From NCBI GenBank assembly GCA_013152925.1, contig JAADFK010000101.1, forward strand, positions 2,336 through 66,335: DNA of 64,000 bases, written 5' to 3'. The DNA is from Acidobacteriota bacterium. Lineage in GTDB: Bacteria > Acidobacteriota > Thermoanaerobaculia > Thermoanaerobaculales > Sulfomarinibacteraceae. Position numbers and translations under genes: made by a program. The notes beneath the pieces are model-generated. The model worked only from the letters and a program-made list of their open reading frames with translations. It had not been told where the DNA came from and searched no databases. Positions within the stretch are counted from its first letter, which is position 1. Every line of letters begins with the position of its first letter. Shown here piece after piece: positions 18,663 through 27,547 of the stretch.

Positions 18663-19469
18663 TCATTTCCCCCCCCTCTCTCCCAGCACCGTCCGGCCGA
18701 CCTGGCGCCGTGTGAATCCCGGTGCCAGCCCCTGCACGGCGTAGGCCAGGGCCATCCATCGGGGATACGTCAGCTCACGACGACCCCGCCGGAGCGCGCC
18801 GAGCACAGCGCCCGCCAGCTCTTCCGGCGCCACCATCCGGCGCCTGGCCACCGGCGGGAGCTCCTCGAGATCCCCCTCACTGAAAAACGGCGTCCGCACG
18901 GCGCCCGGGCACACGGTCAACACGTGGATCCCAAGGTTTTCCACCTCCAGCGAAAGCGCCGACGCCAGGCCCACCAGCGCGAACTTGGAGGCGGCGTAGA
19001 CGCTCTCGCGGGGAGGAGCGATCCTCCCCGCCACCGAGGCCATGAAGACGATCCAGCCGGAGCCCCGCCGGACCATGGAGTCGAGAACGGCCCTGGTGCA
19101 GTAGACCGCCCCGAGGAAGTTGACCTGCATCATCCGCTCCACATCGTTCAGGTCCCACTCGAGGAACCAGCGATGCCCACCGTAACCCGCATTGTTGATC
19201 AGCAGGTCGGCAGGCCCGAGCGCTTCTTCCGCGGCCCGAAAGGAGGCGGAGACCTGCTCCCGATCCCCGACGTCGCAGGCGAGGGCCAGCGCCCGCCCTC
19301 CCGACGACGTGATCTCTTCCGCGAGGGCATCCAGCGCGTCTTTCCTGCGGGCCAGCAGGGCCACACGGGCTCCCCGCTCCGCCAGCTGCAACGCCAGCGC
19401 CCGGCCGATGCCGCTCGACGCACCGGTGACGATGGCCGTCTTTTCTTCGAAGGAGCTCAACCTCCCCAT
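18663..19469 (-). CDS. SDR-family oxidoreductase
   Basis: TAIVTGASSGIGRALA, NNAG, YAASKFAL. GGGGAGGAGG RBS ahead of the ATG at 19469 (track start 19580 rejected). Confidence 0.9.
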   Translation of the reverse strand: MGRLSSFEEKTAIVTGASSGIGRALALQLAERGARVALLARRKDALDALAEEITSSGGRALALACDVGDREQVSASFRAAEEALGPADLLINNAGYGGHRWFLEWDLNDVERMMQVNFLGAVYCTRAVLDSMVRRGSGWIVFMASVAGRIAPPRESVYAASKFALVGLASALSLEVENLGIHVLTVCPGAVRTPFFSEGDLEELPPVARRRMVAPEELAGAVLGALRRGRRELTYPRWMALAYAVQGLAPGFTRRQVGRTVLGERGGK

Positions 19470-19615
19470 GGGAACCTCCTCCCCAAGGGTACCGCGGCCC
19501 CTCTGGAATCCGGCACCAGGGGGCGGGCTCGCTCCGCCTGTCCCCTCCGGCCCGATGCGGACCCGGTAGCCCAACGCCATTGACAGCCAACCCCTCCGAT
19601 GCGAGGATTCCTTGG

Positions 19616-20962
19616 ATGAGCGACAGTTACGACCTCTGGATCCGCAACGGCACCGTCATTCCCATGACCCGGAACGGCGACTGGCTCACCGGTGACGTGC
19701 TGGTGCGGGACGGCCGGATCGCCACGATCACGCGAGGCAGCGCCACCGGCGTACGGGCCCGGGAAGTCCTGGAGGCGGACGGCAACCTCGTTCTTCCGGG
19801 GTTGATCCAATGCCACGTCCATGTGGTGCAGTCGCTGCTCAGACACCATGCGGACAACTTGGAGCTGTTGGACTGGCTTCGCACCCGGACCTGGCCCTAC
19901 GAGGCGGCGCTGGCCGGAGATGACGTGGAAGCGGCCGCACAGCTGGGGTTCGCCGAGCTCCTCGCCGGTGGAACGACAACCGTGCTGGACTTCGGCACCA
20001 CCCACGACCACGACCGGGTCTTCGCCGCCGCGGAGGCCATGGGTATCCGCTGCCTCTCCGGCAAGACCCACATGGACGCGGGCGACGGCGTTCCTCAAGG
20101 GTTGCTGGAAGACACCGATCGTTCCCTGGCTGATGCCGAAGAGCTCGGCCGAAAGTGGCACGGCGCCGCGGGCGGGCGCCTGGGTTACGCCGTTGCCCCG
20201 CGGTTCGCCCTGTCGTGTTCACGCGAGTTGATGGAGGGCTGTGCGGAGCTGGCCCGGCGGCACGGCTGGCTCCTTCAGAGCCACGCCTCGGAGAACCGGA
20301 CCGAGGTTGCCGAGGTGGACCGCCGGATGGGCATGGGCAACATCCAGTACCTGCACTCCGTGGGTCTGACCGGTCCCGACGTCATACTCGCCCACGGGGT
20401 ACATCTCGACGGCGCCGACCGGAGGCTCCTGGCCGCCACGGGGACCGGAATCTGTCACTGCCCGGGCGCCAACCTCAAGCTGGCCTCCGGTGTCGCCGAC
20501 GTGCCGGCCATGCTTCGCTCGGGGATCACCGTCGGGTTGGGCGCCGACGGCCCGCCGTGCAACAACCGGCTCTCGATCTTTCACGAGATGGCCCTGGCCG
20601 GCACGCTCCACAACCTCCGCCACGGTCCCAAGGCCATGGACCCCTGGAAGGTCCTGGCGATGGCCACGCGCGATGCGGCACGGCTTCTTCACCTGGAGAC
20701 GATCACGGGGACCCTCCAGCCGGGTCTCGCGGCTGATATGGTGGTTGTCGATGCTACCGCCTGGCCGCTGCTGCCCGAAGCCGATCCCGCAGTGCGGATC
20801 GTATACGGGGCTTCGGCCGGCCACGTTCTTCACACGGTGGTCGAGGGGAGGATCCTCGTCCGGGATGCACGGTTGACCGTTGCCGATTCCGCGGAGATCG
20901 TACGGCGCATCGGCGAAGCCGGCGAGGCCGTCCGCCGGCGGATGAAGGAGTTGATCCCATGA
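19616..20962 (+). CDS. amidohydrolase, MtaD/TRZ-ATZ-like deaminase family
   Basis: LPGLIQCHVHVVQSLLRHHADNLELLDWL (HxH metal site), a later HASE, and GADG near the C-terminus. Overall layout of chlorohydrolase/MTA-SAH deaminase proteins. Confidence 0.8.
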   Translation: MSDSYDLWIRNGTVIPMTRNGDWLTGDVLVRDGRIATITRGSATGVRAREVLEADGNLVLPGLIQCHVHVVQSLLRHHADNLELLDWLRTRTWPYEAALAGDDVEAAAQLGFAELLAGGTTTVLDFGTTHDHDRVFAAAEAMGIRCLSGKTHMDAGDGVPQGLLEDTDRSLADAEELGRKWHGAAGGRLGYAVAPRFALSCSRELMEGCAELARRHGWLLQSHASENRTEVAEVDRRMGMGNIQYLHSVGLTGPDVILAHGVHLDGADRRLLAATGTGICHCPGANLKLASGVADVPAMLRSGITVGLGADGPPCNNRLSIFHEMALAGTLHNLRHGPKAMDPWKVLAMATRDAARLLHLETITGTLQPGLAADMVVVDATAWPLLPEADPAVRIVYGASAGHVLHTVVEGRILVRDARLTVADSAEIVRRIGEAGEAVRRRMKELIP

Positions 20963-21816
20963 GGTTCCCGTTCTCCAAACCCCGGATCGAGGAGCTCGAC
21001 CGGTACCTGGCACGGAAGGAGTACGACAAGGCCCTGCAGGCGGTCACCAACGAGCTCAAGAAGAATCCGGCGCAGTTCAATCTCCTCCTGCGACAGGCCG
21101 AGATCCTCGGCCTCGCCGGCGACCGGGATCGTGCCATCACCCTGTACCGCGAGCTGGCCGAGCGCTACACCAAGGATGGCTTCTATGCCAAGGCCATTGC
21201 CCTCTACAAGAAGATCCTGCGCCTGGAACCCAGCGCCGAGGACGTCCATGAAGAGCTGGCCCGGCTGATCGAGGAGGACATACGGACGCGCCTGCCCCTG
21301 GAGCAGCGCCTGGCCGCCATGGCAACAGCGGACCGGCGGTCCAAGCCCCACGCCACCGATCCAGAGCGGGATCAACATCTCAAGGAGCTCCAGGCCTCCG
21401 CGCTCTTCGCCGCTTTCGAAAAGGAGGCGCTCCAGGAGCTGCTGACCTCGACCACCCTTCGCTCCTTCCGGGAGGGAGACGTCATCGTCACCGAAGGCGA
21501 GCCGGGGTCCAGCCTCTTCCTGATGGTCTCGGGAACCGTCCAGGTGTTCACACGCGACGAGGGAACGGGGGAACCCATTCACCTGGCGCAGCTGGGGCCG
21601 GGCGATTTCTTCGGCGAGGTCTCGCTCCTTACCGGCAAGCCGAGGACCGCGACGATCACGGCGGATTCCCAGGTCATGGCCATCGAGCTGGCGCGCGAAT
21701 CCGTGGACCGTATCGCGGCCAGGCATCCCGAGGTTCGCCGGATCCTCGAGGAGTTCTGCAACCGGCGGGCCGAGGAAGCCGTCGAAGCCATCATCCGCCG
21801 CAGGAGGTCCGGCTGA
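20959..21816 (+). CDS. TPR plus cyclic-nucleotide-binding domain protein
   Basis: N-terminal TPR-like helices. C-terminal cNMP-binding fold FREGDVIVTEGEPGSSLFLMVSGTV...GPGDFFGEVSLLTGKPRTATI. ATGA overlap with the preceding gene. Confidence 0.85.
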   Translation: MRFPFSKPRIEELDRYLARKEYDKALQAVTNELKKNPAQFNLLLRQAEILGLAGDRDRAITLYRELAERYTKDGFYAKAIALYKKILRLEPSAEDVHEELARLIEEDIRTRLPLEQRLAAMATADRRSKPHATDPERDQHLKELQASALFAAFEKEALQELLTSTTLRSFREGDVIVTEGEPGSSLFLMVSGTVQVFTRDEGTGEPIHLAQLGPGDFFGEVSLLTGKPRTATITADSQVMAIELARESVDRIAARHPEVRRILEEFCNRRAEEAVEAIIRRRRSG

Positions 21817-21817
21817 C

Positions 21818-22324
21818 GTGCCGCTCCCGCCGGTCCGCCGCTACGGCGACCCCGCCTTGACGGCGCCCAACGCGGTCGTGGAACGCTTCGACGGCTCACT
21901 CAGGGAGCTCGTTCATACCATGCTCGAGGTGGCCTGGGCGGAACCGGGGCTCGGGCTGGCCGCCCCCCAGATCGGCCGCAACGTCAGGCTGGCGGTGGTC
22001 GACGTCTCCGTTGGCAAGAACCCCGCGGACATCCTGGTCCTGGCCAACCCCGTCATGGCGGCGCAGACCGGGACGCGCTGGATGACGGAGGGATGCCTCT
22101 CCTTCCCCGGTCTGTTCACCAAGATCCTCCGCCCCACGAACGTCGTGGTACGGGCCCAGGATCTCGAAGGCCGCTGGCGGGAACATCACGCGGAGGGGAA
22201 GCTGGCCCAGGCTTTCTGCCACGAGCTCGATCACCTGGACGGCGTTCTTCTCCCAGACCGGCTCCCCGCCGTTCCACGGTTCCTCTTCCTCCTCCGGGTC
22301 CGCTGGGCCGCCCGGCGCTGGTAG
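21818..22324 (+). CDS. def: peptide deformylase
   Basis: GLGLAAPQIG, EGCLSFPG and HELDHLDG motifs. GTG start 1 nt after the preceding stop. Confidence 0.9.
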   Translation: MPLPPVRRYGDPALTAPNAVVERFDGSLRELVHTMLEVAWAEPGLGLAAPQIGRNVRLAVVDVSVGKNPADILVLANPVMAAQTGTRWMTEGCLSFPGLFTKILRPTNVVVRAQDLEGRWREHHAEGKLAQAFCHELDHLDGVLLPDRLPAVPRFLFLLRVRWAARRW

Positions 22325-22343
22325 CCCCCTTCGATCCGCCGCC

Positions 22344-23384
22344 TCAGAGGCCCAGGGGCAACCCATCCCTGGGGTTGCCGCGGTAGAGCTCGGCCACCCT
22401 TCGCGCCGCCTCCTCGCCGGCCGGCGAAACGACCTTGGGGACCGCCACCTGCACCGTGTACAGGTGGTCGCCGTAAGCACGGGTCTTGAGGGAACGAACC
22501 CCCTTGCCACGGAGACGAAATGTCTGCCCGGACTGGGTTCCTGGCGGAATCGTCGCCCGGACGGGCCCGTGGATGGTCCCGACCTCGATCTGTCCCCCGA
22601 GGTACGCCTCGTCGAAGGTGATGGGAACGGTGGTCCGGATGTTGTCCCCCTCCCGTTTGAAGAAGGGGTGAGACCGCACCTTGATGCGGACGTAGAGGTC
22701 GCCGGACGCCGCACCGGCGCCGCCCTCCGAGCCCTTCCCAGCGACCCGGACCTTGGACCCATCACGGACTCCCTCGGGGATCTTGACCCGGAGCCGTTCG
22801 CTGGAGATGACGACGCCGGCACCGTGACAGGCCGGACAGACCCGCGAACCCTTGACGTTCCCCGAGCCTCCGCAGGTCGTGCACCGGACCTGGCGTTGGA
22901 CGGGCACGAGGACGGTCGTGCCCCGAACAGCCTCGCGAAAGTCGATCTCAACCGACAGCTCCTGGTCCTTGCCACGGCGCGGGGTTGGCCTGGGCTGCCG
23001 GCGGCCCGGTTTCCCTCCACCGAAGATCTGACTGAAGAGGTCCCCGAGGTCCTCGAAGCCACCGAAACCGCCCATCCCCTCCACGCCGACGCGGAAGGGG
23101 CCGGCTTCGTGCCACCTGGTGCTTCCCCGGGCCTGCGAGAACGGGTCGAAACCCTGATCACCCATTCCGTCCACGCGGCCGAAGGTGTCGTACTCCTTCC
23201 GCTTCTTTGCATCCGAGAGGACGGCATACGCCTCCTGGATCTCCTTGAATTTCTGCTCGGCCTCGGGATTTCCCGGGTTGACATCGGGATGGTACTTCCT
23301 GGCCAGCTTCCGGTAGGCCTTCTTGATCTCGGCCTCGCTGGCCCCCTTCGATACACCGAGAATCTCGTAGTAGTCTCTGCTCAC
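22344..23384 (-). CDS. dnaJ: DnaJ-family co-chaperone (J domain, G/F region, only two CxxCxGxG repeats)
   Basis: DYYEILGV...[15 protein letters not shown] (HPD). Gly/Phe-rich linker. CTTCGGSG and CPACHGAG. Preferred start is the GTG at 23384, preceded by GGAGGAGG (track ATG 23402 is also possible). Not next to dnaK/grpE. Confidence 0.8.
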   Translation of the reverse strand: MSRDYYEILGVSKGASEAEIKKAYRKLARKYHPDVNPGNPEAEQKFKEIQEAYAVLSDAKKRKEYDTFGRVDGMGDQGFDPFSQARGSTRWHEAGPFRVGVEGMGGFGGFEDLGDLFSQIFGGGKPGRRQPRPTPRRGKDQELSVEIDFREAVRGTTVLVPVQRQVRCTTCGGSGNVKGSRVCPACHGAGVVISSERLRVKIPEGVRDGSKVRVAGKGSEGGAGAASGDLYVRIKVRSHPFFKREGDNIRTTVPITFDEAYLGGQIEVGTIHGPVRATIPPGTQSGQTFRLRGKGVRSLKTRAYGDHLYTVQVAVPKVVSPAGEEAARRVAELYRGNPRDGLPLGL

Positions 23385-23640
23385 GTCCTCCTCCGGACAC
23401 AAATATGAGTGATCCTTTATAAAACTTCAAGCGAAGCTCGTCGATTGCTCCGTTTTCGAGAGGGCTCGTTGGCTCCGGTATGGCTCCACGAATCGGCAGG
23501 CGGCGGATCCCATCCTTGCCCCGGCCCTCACACCCTCCCGCCCATCACACCGGCCGAGCATGCCGCTCTCCCTCCGGAACCCCCGGATCTGACACGCCAG
23601 CCCCGTCTCGACATCCGGCCGTTTCAGGTAGAATGAACCG

Positions 23641-26166
23641 GTGCTGGCGTCCGGACCTCTCCTCGGCATCGTACTCGGTTTGGCCCTCCCCACGGGGAAA
23701 CGCCGGGCGTGGCTCCTGCCGCTTCTGCCGGCGTTTCTCCTGCTGGCGCTCAGCAACCTCGACCTGGTCGCCCGGTTTCTCCATTCGGCGCGGATCGAGC
23801 GGCTGGCACAATCCTGGCTGACGCCTCCTCTCGCACTGGCGGGTGGAATCGCCGCCGCAGTTTTCTTCCTGTGGAGCCTGTACCTCCTCGTGGTCCCCGA
23901 CGACGCGGACCTCCGCCTGGCCAGCCGGCTGGCCCGCAACGGCGACCACCGCGGCGCCGCCGGCCTCTACCTGAAGGCGGGAAAGACACGAAAGGCGCTG
24001 GCGGAGTTTCAGAAGGCCAGGGCCTGGGTCGATGCTGCGAAGGTGGCCCGCGATCTGGGGCGGACCGAGGCCGCCGCCGGGTTTTTCCGCAAGGCGGGCG
24101 GGGAGTTTCTCTCCGAGGCCGCGCACCTGTACACGCAGGCTGGGAACGGTTCGAGCGCCCGGGCCTGCTTCGAAGCTCTGGCCACGTGGTACATGGACCG
24201 GGGGCGTCTCGGCGACGCGGTCGCCACCTGGATGCGGGCGGGCGAGCCCGCCAGGGCGGCTCGGACGGCACGGCTGGCCCTGGAGAAGGGTCACATGAAC
24301 CCCTCCACCGGCGAGTTCGTCGCGGCACGCCGTGCCGCCGAGACGGTGCGGGATCACGAGCTCATGGCACGTCTCGAGGAGAGCGAGGGGCGCTACGAGG
24401 AGGCGGCGGCGGCCTGGCGCGCCGCTGGAAAACCCGGCCGGGCCGCGGAGAACCTGATCCGCCTCGGGCGTTTCGAGGCGGCCGCCGAGGTTCTCGAGTC
24501 CTCCGGCCATTCCCGGGAGGCGACTCGCCTCCTCTACCGCGCGGAACGGCGGCTGGCCGAACGCCTCGATCGGGCCTCCGGCGCCCACACGCGGATCGTG
24601 CGCGGTGAGCTCGAGGGGCTTGCGGCGAAGCTGCTCCCTCTGCTGGAGAAGGAGGGTATGGACGACGAGCGGCTCGAGGTCCTCCTCCACCTGGAACGTG
24701 TGGACGAGGCCGTCGGCCTGCTGCTGGCACACGACCGGGTGGCCGAGGCCGCCGATGTCGCCTCGAGGAACGAACGTTGGGACCTTGCAGGATCGCTCCT
24801 CGAACGTCTCGGACGCTGGGGGGAGGCCGGCGACATGTACGAGCTCGCCGGCAAGCTCCGCGATGCCGCCCGCTGTGCCGAACGAGCGACGGAGTACGAG
24901 CGCGCCTTCCATCTCTACGAACGGTCGGGGGACACGGTGTCGGCGGCCGGTTGCATGGCCCGCGCGGGCTCCGTCCAGAAAGCCCTCCGGATTCTCTGCG
25001 ACGCCAACCACCGGCTGGACGCCTGGGAGCTGCTCAAGACCCACCCGGGACCGGTTCCCGATATTCCCGATGTGATCCTCCAGGTGGCCGGGGAGCTCAA
25101 GGAAGCCGGCCGGACCGAGGAGGCCATCACCTGCCTGCAACGAACCGTGGTGGGAGTCGCTCTGACGCCAGGTCGTACGGCGGCCGCCGTGGAGCTGGCT
25201 CGGTACCTTTTCGAAGTGGGGGATCTCGACGCCGCGGAGATCCACGTGAATCGTGTGCTCGAGATCGACTACTCCGACGCGGAGGCCCGGAAGCTGGCCG
25301 AGGGAATCCGACGGGCCCGGGAGAAGCGTGCGATTCTGGAGGCCACTCCGGCTCCAGGTTCTTCAACCTCCACCGAGGCCGTGGTGGAACGGTACGAGAT
25401 CATCACGGAGCTGGGCCGAGGCGGCATGGGGGTCGTCTTCAAGGCCCGCGACACCAGGTTGGAGCGGGTTGTCGCCATCAAGGTCGTTCGAACCAGCTCG
25501 GCCGACGAGGCGGCCCAGCTGGAGCGGGAGGCCAAGGCGGCAGCGACTCTCAATCACCCCGCCATCGTCACGGTCTTCGACTTCGAGCCCGGCCTCGGCG
25601 GTTACCTGATCTCCATGGAGTACGTGGACGGAGAGGGCCTGGACCGCCTGCTCCGTCAGGCCCCCGAACGGATCAGCTCCAACCTTCTGCCGATTCTCGT
25701 TCAGATCGCCGATGGCATCGCGTACGCCCATGCCCACCGGGTGGTTCACCGGGATATCAAGCCCGGGAACATCCTCCTGACACCGGCGAACCGGGTCAAG
25801 ATCTTCGATTTCGGAATCGCCGCCAGGTTGGACACGGACGGCGACTCGACCTCGAGGATCTGTGGCACGCCGTTTTACATGTCCCCGGAGCAGATCCGCG
25901 GCTGCGAACCCAATCCCGCCAGCGACATCTACTCCCTCGGCGCCACATTTTTCCATCTGGCCACGGGACGGCCGCCCTTCCCCCGGGGCAACGTCATCGA
26001 CGCCCATCTGACCAAGAGCCCTCCGGATCCGGCCGAGCTCAACCCGGGACTTCCCAGGGAGTTGTCGGACATCATCCTTCACTGCCTCGAAAAGGAGCCC
26101 GCCGCGAGGTTCTCCTCCGCGGAAGAGCTGCACCGGGCGCTCGTCCGAACAGCCATGAGGAGTTGA
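23641..26166 (+). CDS. membrane-anchored Ser/Thr protein kinase with a long TPR-like helical N-terminal region and C-terminal kinase domain
   Basis: N-terminal TM segments. About 450 aa of Ala/Arg/Glu-rich helical repeats. Hanks kinase motifs GRGGMGVVFKA, AIKV, HRDIKPGNILL, DFGIA, GTPFYMSPE. Confidence 0.9.
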   Translation: MLASGPLLGIVLGLALPTGKRRAWLLPLLPAFLLLALSNLDLVARFLHSARIERLAQSWLTPPLALAGGIAAAVFFLWSLYLLVVPDDADLRLASRLARNGDHRGAAGLYLKAGKTRKALAEFQKARAWVDAAKVARDLGRTEAAAGFFRKAGGEFLSEAAHLYTQAGNGSSARACFEALATWYMDRGRLGDAVATWMRAGEPARAARTARLALEKGHMNPSTGEFVAARRAAETVRDHELMARLEESEGRYEEAAAAWRAAGKPGRAAENLIRLGRFEAAAEVLESSGHSREATRLLYRAERRLAERLDRASGAHTRIVRGELEGLAAKLLPLLEKEGMDDERLEVLLHLERVDEAVGLLLAHDRVAEAADVASRNERWDLAGSLLERLGRWGEAGDMYELAGKLRDAARCAERATEYERAFHLYERSGDTVSAAGCMARAGSVQKALRILCDANHRLDAWELLKTHPGPVPDIPDVILQVAGELKEAGRTEEAITCLQRTVVGVALTPGRTAAAVELARYLFEVGDLDAAEIHVNRVLEIDYSDAEARKLAEGIRRAREKRAILEATPAPGSSTSTEAVVERYEIITELGRGGMGVVFKARDTRLERVVAIKVVRTSSADEAAQLEREAKAAATLNHPAIVTVFDFEPGLGGYLISMEYVDGEGLDRLLRQAPERISSNLLPILVQIADGIAYAHAHRVVHRDIKPGNILLTPANRVKIFDFGIAARLDTDGDSTSRICGTPFYMSPEQIRGCEPNPASDIYSLGATFFHLATGRPPFPRGNVIDAHLTKSPPDPAELNPGLPRELSDIILHCLEKEPAARFSSAEELHRALVRTAMRS

Positions 26167-26167
26167 G

Positions 26168-26728
26168 ATGCCCAGCACCATGGCGCCGCAGGGACGCCGC
26201 CACAAGGGCTCCCGCACGAACCGGTCCGGTCAGCTGAAACCCCAGATCCGCTTTCTCGTCACCTTCCTGGCGCTGGTGGCCATCGCCTTCGGGCTGATCG
26301 CCCTCAAACCGGTCAACGATGCCATCGTCGACCCCTACACGGCGTTCATCGCCCGGTCCGCCGGAGCGATCCTCAGGGTCTTCGGCGAAGACATCACGGT
26401 TCGCGGCTGTCTCCTGACATCGCCCCGGTTTTCCGTTTCGATCTTCAACGGATGCAACGGCCTGATCACGACCTTGATCCTGGTCGCCGGGGTCCTCGCC
26501 TTTCCGGCCACCTGGCGTGCCAAGCTGATCGGGGTCGTCGGCGGCATCTTCGGCGTTCAGATCATCAACATGATCCGGATCGTGTCGCTGTACTATGTCG
26601 GCGTCTTCTTTCCAAAGTACTTCAATGACGCACACGTGGTCGTCTGGCAAACCATCGTCATCCTCGCCGGTATCGCCCTCTGGGTGAGCTGGGCCAACTT
26701 CGTGGCGATCCCCCATGAGAACCGTTGA
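26168..26728 (+). CDS. minimal exosortase/archaeosortase-family protein (XrtF/XrtH-like size class)
   Basis: 186 aa, polytopic. Ordered Cys/Arg/His blocks as in exosortases: SIFNGCNGLITT, INMIRIVSLYY, NDAHVVVWQT. Starts 2 nt after the kinase stop. Subfamily assignment needs an HMM search. Confidence 0.6.
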   Translation: MPSTMAPQGRRHKGSRTNRSGQLKPQIRFLVTFLALVAIAFGLIALKPVNDAIVDPYTAFIARSAGAILRVFGEDITVRGCLLTSPRFSVSIFNGCNGLITTLILVAGVLAFPATWRAKLIGVVGGIFGVQIINMIRIVSLYYVGVFFPKYFNDAHVVVWQTIVILAGIALWVSWANFVAIPHENR

Positions 26729-27323
26729 TCCCAGAAGGTCCTTCCTCCGGCACCTCGTCCCCGCAGCCTTGGTGGCAGCCCTGCTCTGGACCGGGATCCG
26801 CCCCGTCCTCGACGCCGGCATCTGTGGTTTCGCCCAGTTCCTCGTCCGTTCCTTTGAGGTCCCCCGCGTCACACGAATCGTCAGCCAGGATCATGCCGCG
26901 CGGCTCGAGCGGGCCGATCTCCGAAGCGGCTCCCACCTCCCCGCCGTACCGCTCACCCAGTTTCACTTCAACACGATCATTCTCCTGGCGCTCTTCCTCG
27001 CGCTGCCACGGCCCCACTCCCGGCGCCAGCTGGAACGGCTCTTCATGGCGTGGAGCACGCTTTTTGCGCTCCAGACCCTCAATCTGGTCTTTCACGTGGA
27101 GCTCCTGTACGCCACCAGCCTCGGGCCGTGGAGCTTGCAACACTATGGACCGGTGGCGCGCAATACCTACGCCTTCCTGCAGTACTTCTTCGACCTGCCC
27201 GTCCGTCTGGGGGCGCCCTTCGTCCTGTGGGTTTCCTTCAACTGGGAGCTGCTCTCCGCCGTCCCGTCCGGCACCGGCGGCAAGAAGGAGAGCCGAAGAT
27301 CCACTTCGAAACCCAGCACCTAG
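26715..27323 (+). CDS. hypothetical membrane protein, putative exosortase-associated partner
   Basis: 202 aa with several TM segments (LVPAALVAALLW, FNTIILLALFLAL, LFMAWSTLFALQTLNLVF, GAPFVLWVSF). Overlaps the exosortase-like gene by 14 nt. The function call rests on context only. Confidence 0.5.
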   Translation: MRTVDPRRSFLRHLVPAALVAALLWTGIRPVLDAGICGFAQFLVRSFEVPRVTRIVSQDHAARLERADLRSGSHLPAVPLTQFHFNTIILLALFLALPRPHSRRQLERLFMAWSTLFALQTLNLVFHVELLYATSLGPWSLQHYGPVARNTYAFLQYFFDLPVRLGAPFVLWVSFNWELLSAVPSGTGGKKESRRSTSKPST

Positions 27324-27547
27324 CGCGGATTATTCCTCAGACATCGTCGCGAAGGGCGGAAGGCGCTGTGGCTGGCGGCGCTCTCGCACGATTCGCGAGC
27401 GCAGGCGTGCTCGCGGCACGTCGAGCGAGCAAATCGAGAAAGCGCCGCCAGACGCGGTACATCCCGCCATGCAGCAGATGGATGATGAATGATCCGGGCT
27501 AGCCCGTTCCCATCCAGCCTTCTGGATGGAATCAACCCTGGGCGTCC

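Noticed and set aside
23385-23640. CIRCE/HrcA operator or clear heat-shock promoter upstream of the dnaJ-like gene
   Set aside because: No TTAGCACTC-N9-GAGTGCTAA-like palindrome is present. A TTGAAG-N17-CATATT pair exists at 23402-23430, but it would leave almost no leader before the RBS, so I do not call it.
23545-25245. 566-aa minus-strand ORF
   Set aside because: Antisense to the kinase gene, whose Hanks motifs are unambiguous. Arg/Gly/Pro-rich junk composition.
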